This document shows, one piece after another, positions 15,667-24,296 of a DNA stretch of 32,000 bases (positions within the stretch are counted from its first letter, which is position 1; each line of letters opens with the position of its first letter). The position numbers and the translations under genes are program-made. Source of the DNA: Tannockella kyphosi (GTDB lineage Bacteria; Bacillota_I; Bacilli_A; Erysipelotrichales; Coprobacillaceae); NCBI RefSeq assembly GCF_021054785.1, contig NZ_CP088239.1, forward strand, positions 420,001 through 452,000, written 5' to 3'. The notes under the pieces are model-generated. The model made no database searches and was not told where the DNA came from. It saw only the letters and a program-made list of their open reading frames with translations.

Positions 15667-17481
15667 TTATTCGACAGTTACTGACTTAGCAAGGTTACGA
15701 GGTTTATCAACATCGTAGCCTTTTAATTTTGAAGCATGATATGCGATAAATTGCATTGGTATTGCTGCAACAATTGGCATTAATGATGGATGTACTTCTG
15801 GTAAATAATAAGTAGCATAAGTTCCTTCTACTTTGTTAGGTTTCGTTGTTATTAAAATAACATCACCACCTCTAGCAATTGTTTCTTGAATATTACTAAT
15901 TGTTTTCTTAATAATGTTTGGTTGTAGTGCTAAAGCAATTACAGGACTTGTTTTTTCTATCAAAGCAATAGATCCATGTTTTAATTCGCCAGCAATATAA
16001 CTACTTGCATGGATATAAGAAATTTCTTTTAATTTTAATGCACCTTCCATCGCAGTCGGAAAATCTAATCCTCTTCCTAAAAAGAATGCATAATGATATT
16101 GAATTACTTTTTTTGCATAATTTTTAAAAATATCACTATCTTTTATTACTGTTTTTAGAATGGTTGGTATTTCTTGTAGTTCTGTTAATAGTTGATTATC
16201 TATTAATTGATTTGTTTTCTCTTGATACATATATTTTGATAACAATAATAGAGTTGCTATTTGGGTGGTGTAAGCTTTCGTACTTGCAACTGCAATTTCT
16301 AAGTTTGCACAAGTATAGGTAGTATAATCACTTGTTCTAGCAATCGATGAAGATAGCACGTTAACAATTGATAGTGTCGTAGCACCTTTGCTTTTGGCTA
16401 GTTTTAGTGCAGCTAATGTATCTGCTGTTTCACCTGATTGGGATATAAAGATAGCTAGTGTATGTTGGTTAATAATTGGATCATTGTAGCGAAACTCCGA
16501 AGCAACAGTGCAACTAACAGGTATTTGTAAATCCTTTTCCATTATGTCTACAATACTTAAACCAGCATGATAGGCAGTACCGCATCCAACGATATAAACA
16601 CGTTGGAATTCTTTTACTTTTTTGTCTAAATCTTTTAGTTCTTTGAAGAAAATTTTATTTTCTACAATACGACCTCTTAATGTTTCTTGTAAAGCAAATG
16701 GTTGTTCATATATTTCTTTTAACATAAATGATTCATATCCATCCATTTGTGCTGTTTGATTATCATAAGCAATAAAAGTAGGCTCTTTGATAATAATATT
16801 TTGTTCTAAATCATAAAAAGTTATCTTTCCTTTTTCAACTCTAGCAATCTGATAATCATCCATAAAATATACATTTTTACTATAATCTAAAATAGCAGGT
16901 ATATCACTAGCTACATAACTAGCGTTGGCATCACAAGCTAGCACGATAGGACTATCTTTTTTAACAACATACATACAATCTTTATCACTCGCCACCATAA
17001 TACATAATGCATAACTTCCTTCTAATTTTGGTATTACATGATTGATTGTTTCCAACATATTTCCATTATCATATTTATCTAATAGATGTACAATTACTTC
17101 ACTATCAGTCATTGATAAGAATTCATAACCATCTTTTATTAGTTCTTCTTTTAAAATACTATAATTTTCAATAATACCATTGTGTACTAATGAAATCGTA
17201 TTGTTCTTATTACAATGAGGATGTGAATTTTCATCACAAGGAACTCCATGAGTAGCCCAACGAGTATGACCAATCCCCATATATCCAACTTGTTTACTTT
17301 CTTTTAATGCTTCCATAAGATTTACTAATTTTCCTTGTTTTTTAGTTGTAACAAACTGATTTTCATGATTTAAAATAGTGATACCTGCTGAATCATAACC
17401 TCGATATTCTAATTTACTTAATCCTTGTATTAAAAAATCTACTGCATTGTTATTACCTATATAGGCACTAATTCCACACAT
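15667..17481 (-). CDS. glmS: Glutamine--fructose-6-phosphate aminotransferase (isomerising)
   Basis: Start trimmed to the ATG giving MCGISAY, because the mature N-terminal Cys nucleophile is obligatory in class II amidotransferases. AAGGGGAA RBS. Two SIS domains. The C-terminus ...DKPRNLAKSVTVE is the canonical GlmS end. Confidence 0.95.
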   Translation of the reverse strand: MCGISAYIGNNNAVDFLIQGLSKLEYRGYDSAGITILNHENQFVTTKKQGKLVNLMEALKESKQVGYMGIGHTRWATHGVPCDENSHPHCNKNNTISLVHNGIIENYSILKEELIKDGYEFLSMTDSEVIVHLLDKYDNGNMLETINHVIPKLEGSYALCIMVASDKDCMYVVKKDSPIVLACDANASYVASDIPAILDYSKNVYFMDDYQIARVEKGKITFYDLEQNIIIKEPTFIAYDNQTAQMDGYESFMLKEIYEQPFALQETLRGRIVENKIFFKELKDLDKKVKEFQRVYIVGCGTAYHAGLSIVDIMEKDLQIPVSCTVASEFRYNDPIINQHTLAIFISQSGETADTLAALKLAKSKGATTLSIVNVLSSSIARTSDYTTYTCANLEIAVASTKAYTTQIATLLLLSKYMYQEKTNQLIDNQLLTELQEIPTILKTVIKDSDIFKNYAKKVIQYHYAFFLGRGLDFPTAMEGALKLKEISYIHASSYIAGELKHGSIALIEKTSPVIALALQPNIIKKTISNIQETIARGGDVILITTKPNKVEGTYATYYLPEVHPSLMPIVAAIPMQFIAYHASKLKGYDVDKPRNLAKSVTVE

Positions 17482-17694
17482 TATTTCTATTCCCCTTTTC
17501 TTTATTTGTATGTCCAATTGATGATAGACATACAGTAGTCATAGTATATGTAAAGGGCTATATAAATACAATAGTATTACAGATTATGAACAGCTTGTTA
17601 CAGGATATGAATTAATAATTTTATAATATGAAAATGGTTGTTTAATTGATTATTATAATGTAAACTAAAACAGTAAAATAGATGGAGGAAAGAT

Positions 17695-18531
17695 ATGTTA
17701 AAAGTGTTAATAGGCGGTATAGCTGTAGGGATGGCGAATATCATTCCAGGTGTAAGTGGTGGTACAATGATGGTTGTACTTGGAATATTTAATCAAGTAA
17801 TGGATTCAATTAGTGGATTGTTTTCTACTAAGGAAACCAATCGTAAACAACATGTGATGTTTTTATGTTTTTTAGGGTTAGGAGCATGTATTGGTTTGGT
17901 TGTTTTTGCGAATGTTTTAGAGTTTTTGTTTGGGAAGTTTCCTGATCAAACAATGTATTGTTTTGTGGGGATGGTTGCTTGTTCGATTCCTTCATTAATA
18001 AAAAAAGAAATGAGTGGTGATAAGTTTGAAGCGATTCCTTTCTTTATAGGGTTTGTAGTCATTTTTGGGATTAGTTATTTTGCACCAGAGAAGATGGATA
18101 CTGTTATTACTGAATTTCCACCGATTTCCATTATTTATATACTAACTATGATTTTTATAGGAATGATTGCTGGTGGGGCAATGTTTGTACCTGGTGTTAG
18201 TGGGAGTATGATTTTATTAATTATTGGTAAATATTATTTATTTAAGTCATTACTTGCGAATGTTACATCTTTTGAAATTGATATTTTAGTACCATTAGCA
18301 TTTATGATGATTGGTATTTTATTAGGGATTGTGCTTAGTTCAAAAGTAACAGGTCACTTTTTAAAGACAAACCATAGTACTACTATGAATTTTGTTTTAG
18401 GATTAGTAGTTGCTAGTAGTATTGTATTAATTCCATTTAGTGCAACTTATGATATGTATTTAATTGTTACAAGTGTAATTGCCGTTGTTATCGGTGGAGT
18501 TATTGTTTTGTTATTAGAAAAGATTGCTTAG
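17695..18531 (+). CDS. DUF368 family membrane protein (family reported as undecaprenyl-phosphate translocase PopT)
   Basis: Duplicated signature IPGVSGGTMMVVLG and VPGVSGSMILLIIG in a roughly 9-TM protein. GGAGGAAAG RBS. Confidence 0.85.
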   Translation: MLKVLIGGIAVGMANIIPGVSGGTMMVVLGIFNQVMDSISGLFSTKETNRKQHVMFLCFLGLGACIGLVVFANVLEFLFGKFPDQTMYCFVGMVACSIPSLIKKEMSGDKFEAIPFFIGFVVIFGISYFAPEKMDTVITEFPPISIIYILTMIFIGMIAGGAMFVPGVSGSMILLIIGKYYLFKSLLANVTSFEIDILVPLAFMMIGILLGIVLSSKVTGHFLKTNHSTTMNFVLGLVVASSIVLIPFSATYDMYLIVTSVIAVVIGGVIVLLLEKIA

Positions 18532-18540
18532 GAGAGAAAG

Positions 18541-19464
18541 ATGAAAAAGAAAATTGGGATAGGGTTTCTTGTAATAATCATGGTTTATGCTTTGTTACAA
18601 GTAGTTCCTTATGGAAGTGGAGTTGAAACTACACCATTTAAAGTGGAACAAGGCGAAGCACCTTTGGTTATTGCCCATGGTGGAGCAAAATTATTATATC
18701 CAGAAAATACGGTTTATGCTTTTGAAAATGTATATGATATGGGTGTAGATGTATTAGAAACAGATTTATGTTTAACAGCAGATGGACAATTGATTACTCA
18801 TCATAATTTAACAATTGATGATTATACAAATTATAGTGGTTATGTTAATGATTATACATATGATGAATTAAAAGAGATGAATTATGGTTATAATTTTGAA
18901 TCTTTAGATGGAGAATATGTATATAGAGATACTACAGATGAAGAATTATTAGCACAATTAGTACCAATGGAAGTACAAGATATGTTTACTCGTTATGGAA
19001 CAGATGTTTTATATATTATGGAAATCAAAGATGATGGAGAAAATGGAAAAATAGCTGCTGATTTATTAAATGAGTATATTGTTACTTATGGGTTACAAGA
19101 ATATGTTTGTGTTGCTTCTTTTGATGAAGAAACATTAGCTTATTTTAATGAGATTAAGGATCCTAGTATTATTACTTCGATGGATGAACCAACTGCTTAT
19201 GATTTTATTATTTCGAATTTAGTAGGATATGGATTCTTTATGGATTTTGATGCAGCAGGATTACAATTACCGTTAGAACAATCAGGAATTGATTTAACAA
19301 ACTTTTATGTAATGTATAAAATACATCACAATAATATGTTTGTTCATTATTGGACAATTAATGATTATGATGACATGATTATGTTAATTGAAAAAGGGGC
19401 TGATGGAATTATTACGGATCGTCCTGATTTGTTATTTGAAGCTTTAGAAGAAATGGGTTATTAA
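18541..19464 (+). CDS. Membrane-anchored glycerophosphodiester phosphodiesterase family protein (GDPD)
   Basis: N-terminal TM anchor. GDPD catalytic blocks VIAHGGA...PENT and VDVLETDLCLTADGQLITHHN. C-terminal GADGIITDRPD. Confidence 0.88.
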   Translation: MKKKIGIGFLVIIMVYALLQVVPYGSGVETTPFKVEQGEAPLVIAHGGAKLLYPENTVYAFENVYDMGVDVLETDLCLTADGQLITHHNLTIDDYTNYSGYVNDYTYDELKEMNYGYNFESLDGEYVYRDTTDEELLAQLVPMEVQDMFTRYGTDVLYIMEIKDDGENGKIAADLLNEYIVTYGLQEYVCVASFDEETLAYFNEIKDPSIITSMDEPTAYDFIISNLVGYGFFMDFDAAGLQLPLEQSGIDLTNFYVMYKIHHNNMFVHYWTINDYDDMIMLIEKGADGIITDRPDLLFEALEEMGY

Positions 19465-19487
19465 GCATCTTAGGATGCTTTTTTTTA
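19464..19487 (+). terminator. Rho-independent terminator after the GDPD gene
   Basis: AGCATC-TTAG-GATGCT followed by T8. Confidence 0.75.
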
Positions 19488-19604
19488 ATGTCTCGACAAA
19501 CAACGAGTACTTTTTTAAATAAGATGGCATAAAATAAAAAAACATACAGGAATAAAAAGTAATTTAGTACTTATGTTACGTATGTTTTAATAAGGAGGGA
19601 TTTT

Positions 19605-20123
19605 ATGAGTATTCAAAGTAGTTTGTTAGAAATAGAGAAGTCTTTGTGTAATTTAGAGAAAACAGGAGTGTATGATGTTGAAAAATTTGGACATTCACTT
19701 ATTCATTTAACTAGTCAGTTGGAGTATTTTTATTGTCATTTGGTAAAAGATGGAAAGGGGAGTATTGATACGACTTATTATCGTGTACCAACAAGACCAT
19801 CAGCACATCAATTAGCGTATTTTAATATTGGAAGAGGGTTTCCAAAAGAATTAATGGATGGACATTGGTGTTATGTATTAAAAGATCTGGGATATAAGAT
19901 GTTAGTAGTACCGTGTACATCAATTAAAAGCTCGGTATGTAATCCGGAATTTGAAATGGATATTAAAATAAAAATGGGAAATGAATATACGAGTAGTAGA
20001 ATTCAGCTTAGTGATATTCGTTCAATAGATATGCAACGCTTAGATTTAAGAAAGCCGTTTTGCGAAGTTTTAACTGATAAGCAGGATATTGTTGAGTTTA
20101 TAGGTAATAATTTATTGAAATAA
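19605..20123 (+). CDS. MazF/PemK-like (CcdB/MazF fold) protein with a roughly 65-aa N-terminal extension; no adjacent antitoxin gene
   Basis: The C-terminal ~105 aa follow the MazF/PemK block order. AYFNIGRGFPKELMDGHWCYVL compares with (D)VYxxDLxxxxGxExxGxRPxLVI. LVVPCTS compares with xxxPxTS. RIQLSDIRSIDMQRL compares with xxxxxQIRTIDKxRL. AAGGAGGG RBS. Family call is by eye only. Confidence 0.6.
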   Translation: MSIQSSLLEIEKSLCNLEKTGVYDVEKFGHSLIHLTSQLEYFYCHLVKDGKGSIDTTYYRVPTRPSAHQLAYFNIGRGFPKELMDGHWCYVLKDLGYKMLVVPCTSIKSSVCNPEFEMDIKIKMGNEYTSSRIQLSDIRSIDMQRLDLRKPFCEVLTDKQDIVEFIGNNLLK

Positions 20124-20148
20124 AAAAGACAGCAGATTGCTGTCTTTT
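20124..20148. terminator. Bidirectional terminator shared by the MazF-like gene and ackA
   Basis: 11-bp stem AAAAGACAGCA / TGCTGTCTTTT with a 3-nt loop. A/T tracts on both sides. It overlaps the ackA stop codon. Confidence 0.75.
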
Positions 20149-21337
20149 ATAGTTCTAATAAACGATTAGTATCTCTTGCGATAACTAATTCTTCATTTGT
20201 AGGAATTACATAGATTTTAACTTTTGATTCCGGTTTCGTAATTAAACGTTCTCCTGAACCATTTTCATTTGCATCATCATCTAATACGATACCAAAAGCA
20301 TCTGTTAATAAATCGATAATACCTTTTCTAGCAAACGCTGAATTTTCACCAATACCAGCAGTGAAACAAATAGCATCAACACCACCTAAAGCTACAAAGT
20401 AACGTCCTATATAAGCAATAACACGACGATAGAAAATATCAATCGCTAATTGAGCTCTTTCATTACCTTCGTTGGCAGCTTGTTGAATATCACGGAAATC
20501 ACTAGATACACCAGAAACTCCTAATAATCCAGATTCTTTATTTAACATTGTAATTAACTCTTTCATATCCATACCAACTACTTCAATTAAATAGTCTAAT
20601 ACCGAAGGATCTAAATCTCCTGAACGAGTTCCCATCATAATACCAGCTAATGGAGTGAATCCCATAGAAGTATTTAAAGATTTTCCATTTTTAACCGCAC
20701 TTAATGAACCACCAGCACCTAAATGAGCAACAATTATTTTTGATTCTTCAGGATTTCCTAATAAATCAATAGCACGTTGAGAAACATAGTAATGACTAGT
20801 TCCATGTGCTCCATACTTACGTACGTTATGTTCTTCATAGAATTTGTAAGGGATTGGATAGATAAAACATCTTGGTTCCAATGTTTGGTGGAATGCAGTA
20901 TCAAATACTGCAACAGCACCAGCTGAAGGAATTGCTTCTTTAAAAGCATAATATCCAGTTAAGTGAGCTGGGTTATGTAACGGAGCTAACTTTTTCAATT
21001 CATCAATATGAGCTACTACTTGATCATTAATTACTACTGACTTATCATAATATGCTCCACCTTGAACTACTCGATGTCCTACACCTTTAATGTCTTCTAA
21101 AGAGTCTACAATTTTATTTTCAATTAATGTATCCAATAATAAATGTACAGCTACTTTATGATCTTTAATTGGTAATGTTTTAACTTCTTTTTTACCACTA
21201 TATTTAATTGTGAAGATAGCATCTTCGAAACCAATTCTTTCTACTACACCAGATGTGATAACTGATTCATCATTCATTTCAAATAATTGAAATTTAAGAG
21301 AAGAGCTACCAGCGTTTACTGCAATAACTTTTGCCAT
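20147..21337 (-). CDS. ackA: Acetate kinase
   Basis: MAKVIAVNAGSSSLKFQLF N-terminus, HRVVQGG, AFDTAFHQT, HLGAGGS, FTAGIGENS, IPTNEE: the full acetate/propionate kinase motif set. AGGAGG RBS. Confidence 0.95.
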   Translation of the reverse strand: MAKVIAVNAGSSSLKFQLFEMNDESVITSGVVERIGFEDAIFTIKYSGKKEVKTLPIKDHKVAVHLLLDTLIENKIVDSLEDIKGVGHRVVQGGAYYDKSVVINDQVVAHIDELKKLAPLHNPAHLTGYYAFKEAIPSAGAVAVFDTAFHQTLEPRCFIYPIPYKFYEEHNVRKYGAHGTSHYYVSQRAIDLLGNPEESKIIVAHLGAGGSLSAVKNGKSLNTSMGFTPLAGIMMGTRSGDLDPSVLDYLIEVVGMDMKELITMLNKESGLLGVSGVSSDFRDIQQAANEGNERAQLAIDIFYRRVIAYIGRYFVALGGVDAICFTAGIGENSAFARKGIIDLLTDAFGIVLDDDANENGSGERLITKPESKVKIYVIPTNEELVIARDTNRLLEL

Positions 21338-21402
21338 AATTATACCTCCTATTTATGTCTAGCTAATTATAACATTAAATTGTCGAAAAATAAAAGGAAA
21401 CG

Positions 21403-21430
21403 TTGTAAAATTTTGTTAAATATGTATAAT
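21403..21430 (+). promoter_or_regulatory. Promoter of the TPP riboswitch-thiT transcript
   Basis: TTGTAA (21403-21408), 16-nt spacer, extended -10 TGTATAAT (21423-21430). Confidence 0.6.
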
Positions 21431-21435
21431 GTTAA

Positions 21436-21520
21436 TGAGCCGGGGGCGCGAAAGCTGAGATAGGTGTTGCCTAGTCCCTTACGATCTGATCTGGATAATG
21501 CCAGCGTAGAGAGAGCAAAT
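21436..21520 (+). promoter_or_regulatory. TPP (THI-box) riboswitch aptamer
   Basis: Contains the conserved CTGAGA ... CCCTTACGATCTGATCTGGATAATGCCAGCGTAGAGAG core, which compares with the consensus CUGAGA...ACCCUUUGAACCUGAUCUGGAUAAUGCCAGCGUAGGGAA. A thiamine transporter gene lies downstream. Confidence 0.88.
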
Positions 21521-21531
21521 GAGTTTTTTAT

Positions 21532-21563
21532 GCTTTCTTGGTTAATACTGAGAAAGTTTTTTT
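21532..21563 (+). terminator. Putative riboswitch-controlled attenuator terminator
   Basis: CTTTCT (21533-21538) pairs with AGAAAG (21551-21556), followed by T7, between the aptamer and the thiT RBS. The stem is short and AT-rich. Confidence 0.45.
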
Positions 21564-21599
21564 ATTTGTCTAGGCTCTTGAAGAAAGAGGAGAAGAAAG

Positions 21600-22118
21600 A
21601 TGAAATTTGAATTAACAACAAAAAACATGGTTTATGTAGCAATTTTTGCAGGGCTACAATTGGTGTTAGAATTTTTAACACAATTAACACCACAAATGCC
21701 ACAAGGAGGAAATATCTCATTTTCATTAGTAGTTATTATTTTATGTAGTTATTTAATGTCTTGGAGTTATGGGGTATTGGTGTCGTTAGTATGTTTAGGA
21801 TTACATTTTGTATTAGGATTTGCAACTTATTATGGAATGGCATCATTGATGTTTGACTATGTGATTCCAATGATTTTAGTTGGATTAACTGGAATAATTC
21901 CACTAGTACATATTAAAAATAAAATATTTCCGATAAGTATTATAATTATCATGGTGTTAAAAACAATAAGTCATTTATTATCAGGGTGGTATGCATTCCA
22001 AACACCACTTATTGGGAATTTAACATACAATTTACCATATAATATTGCAACATGTATTGCTTGTTATATTTTATTTATTTTATTATATCCAAGATTAAAA
22101 AATCAGTTTAAAAAATAG
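21600..22118 (+). CDS. thiT: Thiamine ECF transporter S component ThiT
   Basis: 172 aa, 6 TM helices. ThiT-like PQGGNISF motif. Directly downstream of a TPP riboswitch. Confidence 0.85.
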   Translation: MKFELTTKNMVYVAIFAGLQLVLEFLTQLTPQMPQGGNISFSLVVIILCSYLMSWSYGVLVSLVCLGLHFVLGFATYYGMASLMFDYVIPMILVGLTGIIPLVHIKNKIFPISIIIIMVLKTISHLLSGWYAFQTPLIGNLTYNLPYNIATCIACYILFILLYPRLKNQFKK

Positions 22119-22141
22119 AAAACTTCGGTTTTCTTTTTTTA
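22117..22141 (+). terminator. Rho-independent terminator after thiT
   Basis: AGAAAAC-TTCG-GTTTTCT followed by a T-run. Confidence 0.75.
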
Positions 22142-22201
22142 TTATAAAAAGTTTCTTGTTTAAAATATTGATGCTTTTATTGAAAATATGGGTGGTAAGC
22201 T

Positions 22202-22229
22202 TTGAACAATGTCTAAATTTGTGTATAAT
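22202..22229 (+). promoter_or_regulatory. Promoter of the DUF402-tsaEB-rimI-tsaD-rex operon
   Basis: TTGAAC (22202-22207), 16-nt spacer, TATAAT (22224-22229). Confidence 0.6.
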
Positions 22230-22256
22230 AGTAATGTTATGAAATGAGGGAAAGTT

Positions 22257-22790
22257 ATGTTAGATTCAATCACTGGAAAGAAAGTATTAATCCATTGTTA
22301 TAAACACGATGGGAGTGTCCATCGTAGTTGGTCAAAGGGATTTGTATTAGAAGAAACACCAGATCACTTTATTGTTATCAATAATAAAACATTAGTGACC
22401 GAATCAGATGGGCGTATGTGGCATACCAGAGAGCCTGCTATTTGTTATTTTCCAAAGAATAAATGGTATAATGTTATTTGTATGATTCGTAAAACTGGGG
22501 TATATTACTATTGTAATATTGCATCACCGACATTGTATGATGGACAAGCTTTAAAATATATTGATTATGATTTGGATTTAAAGGTATTCCCTGATCAAAA
22601 GTATCGTATTCTAGATGAAGAAGAATATCGTGTACACGCTAAACAAATGAATTATTCATCTCAATTAGATCAAATATTAAAAAAACAATTAGAGATACTT
22701 ATTGAATTAGCTAAAAATCAGGAAGGTCCTTTTAAAAAGAGCTTTACAGAACATTGGTATCATATATACCAAGATTTAACTGAACATTAG
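22257..22790 (+). CDS. DUF402 (UPF0374/YgaC-like) protein, probable nucleoside tri/diphosphate phosphatase
   Basis: 177 aa. The blocks HCYKHDGSVHRSW...YYCNIASP...IDYDLDLKV match the Firmicute UPF0374 family as I recall it. Confidence 0.75.
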   Translation: MLDSITGKKVLIHCYKHDGSVHRSWSKGFVLEETPDHFIVINNKTLVTESDGRMWHTREPAICYFPKNKWYNVICMIRKTGVYYYCNIASPTLYDGQALKYIDYDLDLKVFPDQKYRILDEEEYRVHAKQMNYSSQLDQILKKQLEILIELAKNQEGPFKKSFTEHWYHIYQDLTEH

Positions 22791-22798
22791 GAGATAAT

Positions 22799-23245
22799 AT
22801 GGAAATTATAGTAACTTCTTTAGAAGAAAGTATAAAATTAGGAGAAAAATTAGGTACTGTTTTACATCCGGGTATGTTGATAACATTAAGTGGTGATTTA
22901 GGGGCAGGAAAAACTACATTTACAAAAGGAATAGCTTTGGGTTTAGGTGTTCAACAAATTGTAAATAGTCCTACTTTTACAATTTTAAAACAGTATACTG
23001 GAAACTATCAATTATCACATTTTGATGCTTATCGTTTAGAAGGCCAAGAAGATGATTTGGGATTTGAAGAAATTTTTGAGAGTGATGATGTTTGTGTTGT
23101 GGAATGGGCTAATTTTATTGAGGATATTTTACCTGAAGAACGTTTAGAAATCATAATTAAAAAAATAGATGAAACAAGTCGTTGCTTTGTTTTGAAGGCA
23201 ATTGGACAAAGATATCATGAAGTTTGTAAGGAGTTAGAAAGATGA
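22799..23245 (+). CDS. tsaE: tRNA t6A37 biosynthesis ATPase TsaE
   Basis: GDLGAGKTTFTKG Walker A, SPTFT, HFDAYRL, EW motifs. Confidence 0.92.
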   Translation: MEIIVTSLEESIKLGEKLGTVLHPGMLITLSGDLGAGKTTFTKGIALGLGVQQIVNSPTFTILKQYTGNYQLSHFDAYRLEGQEDDLGFEEIFESDDVCVVEWANFIEDILPEERLEIIIKKIDETSRCFVLKAIGQRYHEVCKELER

Positions 23246-23847
23246 AAGCATTAGTGATGGATACATCGAATAGTTACTTAGTAGTAGCTTTATTTATAGA
23301 TGATCAATGTGTGGAAAAAATTCAAGAAAAAGGAAATCGTAAACAATCAGAAAATGCATTATTATACACTAAAAATATATTAGAAAAACATAATTTAACA
23401 ATGCTTGAATTGGATCAAATGATTATTACGATTGGACCTGGTTCTTATACAGGTGTCCGTGTAGCATTGACAATCGCTAAAACATTAGGGACTCTAACAA
23501 ATATTCAAATTAAGGTTGTTTCTTCACTTTTAGTTTATGCTGGTGACAAAAAGGCAATAAGTATATTAGATGCTAGAAGTAAGAAGGTGTTTTTAGGAGT
23601 ATATGATCAAGGGGTTTGTAAACAAGAAGAACAATTGATGTTACTAGAAGATGTTTCTACTCTTTTACAACAGTATCCTGATTTTGAAGTAGTTGGAGAT
23701 GTTGAGTTGTTAGGGAATGAAAGGGTAGAAGTGGATTTAGCGAATCATATTTATTTAGCTTCTTTGAAGGTAGAGGTAGTTGATAATATGGATACTCTTG
23801 TACCTGTTTATATGAAAGAGGTTGAGGCTAAAAAGTTATGTTTATAA
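23242..23847 (+). CDS. tsaB: tRNA t6A37 biosynthesis protein TsaB
   Basis: The N-terminus ALVMDTSN and GPGSYTGVRVALTIAK are TsaB hallmarks. ATGA overlap with tsaE. Confidence 0.9.
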   Translation: MKALVMDTSNSYLVVALFIDDQCVEKIQEKGNRKQSENALLYTKNILEKHNLTMLELDQMIITIGPGSYTGVRVALTIAKTLGTLTNIQIKVVSSLLVYAGDKKAISILDARSKKVFLGVYDQGVCKQEEQLMLLEDVSTLLQQYPDFEVVGDVELLGNERVEVDLANHIYLASLKVEVVDNMDTLVPVYMKEVEAKKLCL

Positions 23848-24296
23848 CGAAGGCTTTGTTAGAAGATATTCCTTCAATTTATAGAATGGAAAAAGATATT
23901 TTTCCATTTGCATGGCAAGAAGAAGATTTTGTTTATGAAATTAGTGAAAATCCATTCTCTTCTATTTATATATTAGAAAATGATAAGGAACTAATTGGTT
24001 ATATAGGGGTTTGGGATTTGTTGGATCAAATTCAAATAACAACCATTGCAGTTAAAGAAGAATATCGTAAATTAGGATATGCTAGTAAGTTACTACAATA
24101 TTGTATTGATTTATCTGATCAAAAAGGTTATCAAATGATGAGTTTAGAGGTTAGAATATCGAATAAAAAGGCGATAGCACTTTATCAAAAATATAATTTT
24201 GAAATACAAGCAATTAGAAAAGCGTATTATCAAGATAATCATGAAGATGCTTATTTAATGGTTAGGAATAAAAAGGAGGAAGAAATATGTCGTTGA
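23838..24296 (+). CDS. rimI: Ribosomal-protein-alanine N-acetyltransferase (GNAT)
   Basis: GNAT motif A (IAVKEEYRKLGYASKLL) and the C-terminal YYQDNHEDAYLM. Canonical position between tsaB and tsaD. Confidence 0.88.
   Translation: MFITKALLEDIPSIYRMEKDIFPFAWQEEDFVYEISENPFSSIYILENDKELIGYIGVWDLLDQIQITTIAVKEEYRKLGYASKLLQYCIDLSDQKGYQMMSLEVRISNKKAIALYQKYNFEIQAIRKAYYQDNHEDAYLMVRNKKEEEICR

Noticed and set aside
21385-21402. CcpA cre site near the ackA promoter (AGGAAACGTTGTAA).
   Set aside because: It has three mismatches to the TGWNANCGNTNWCA consensus, including the invariant outer positions. It is indistinguishable from chance in AT-rich DNA.
21600-22118. ThiT lacking adjacent EcfA/A'/T genes, as an anomaly.
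   Set aside because: Group II ECF S-components are normally encoded away from the shared energising module, so this is the expected arrangement.
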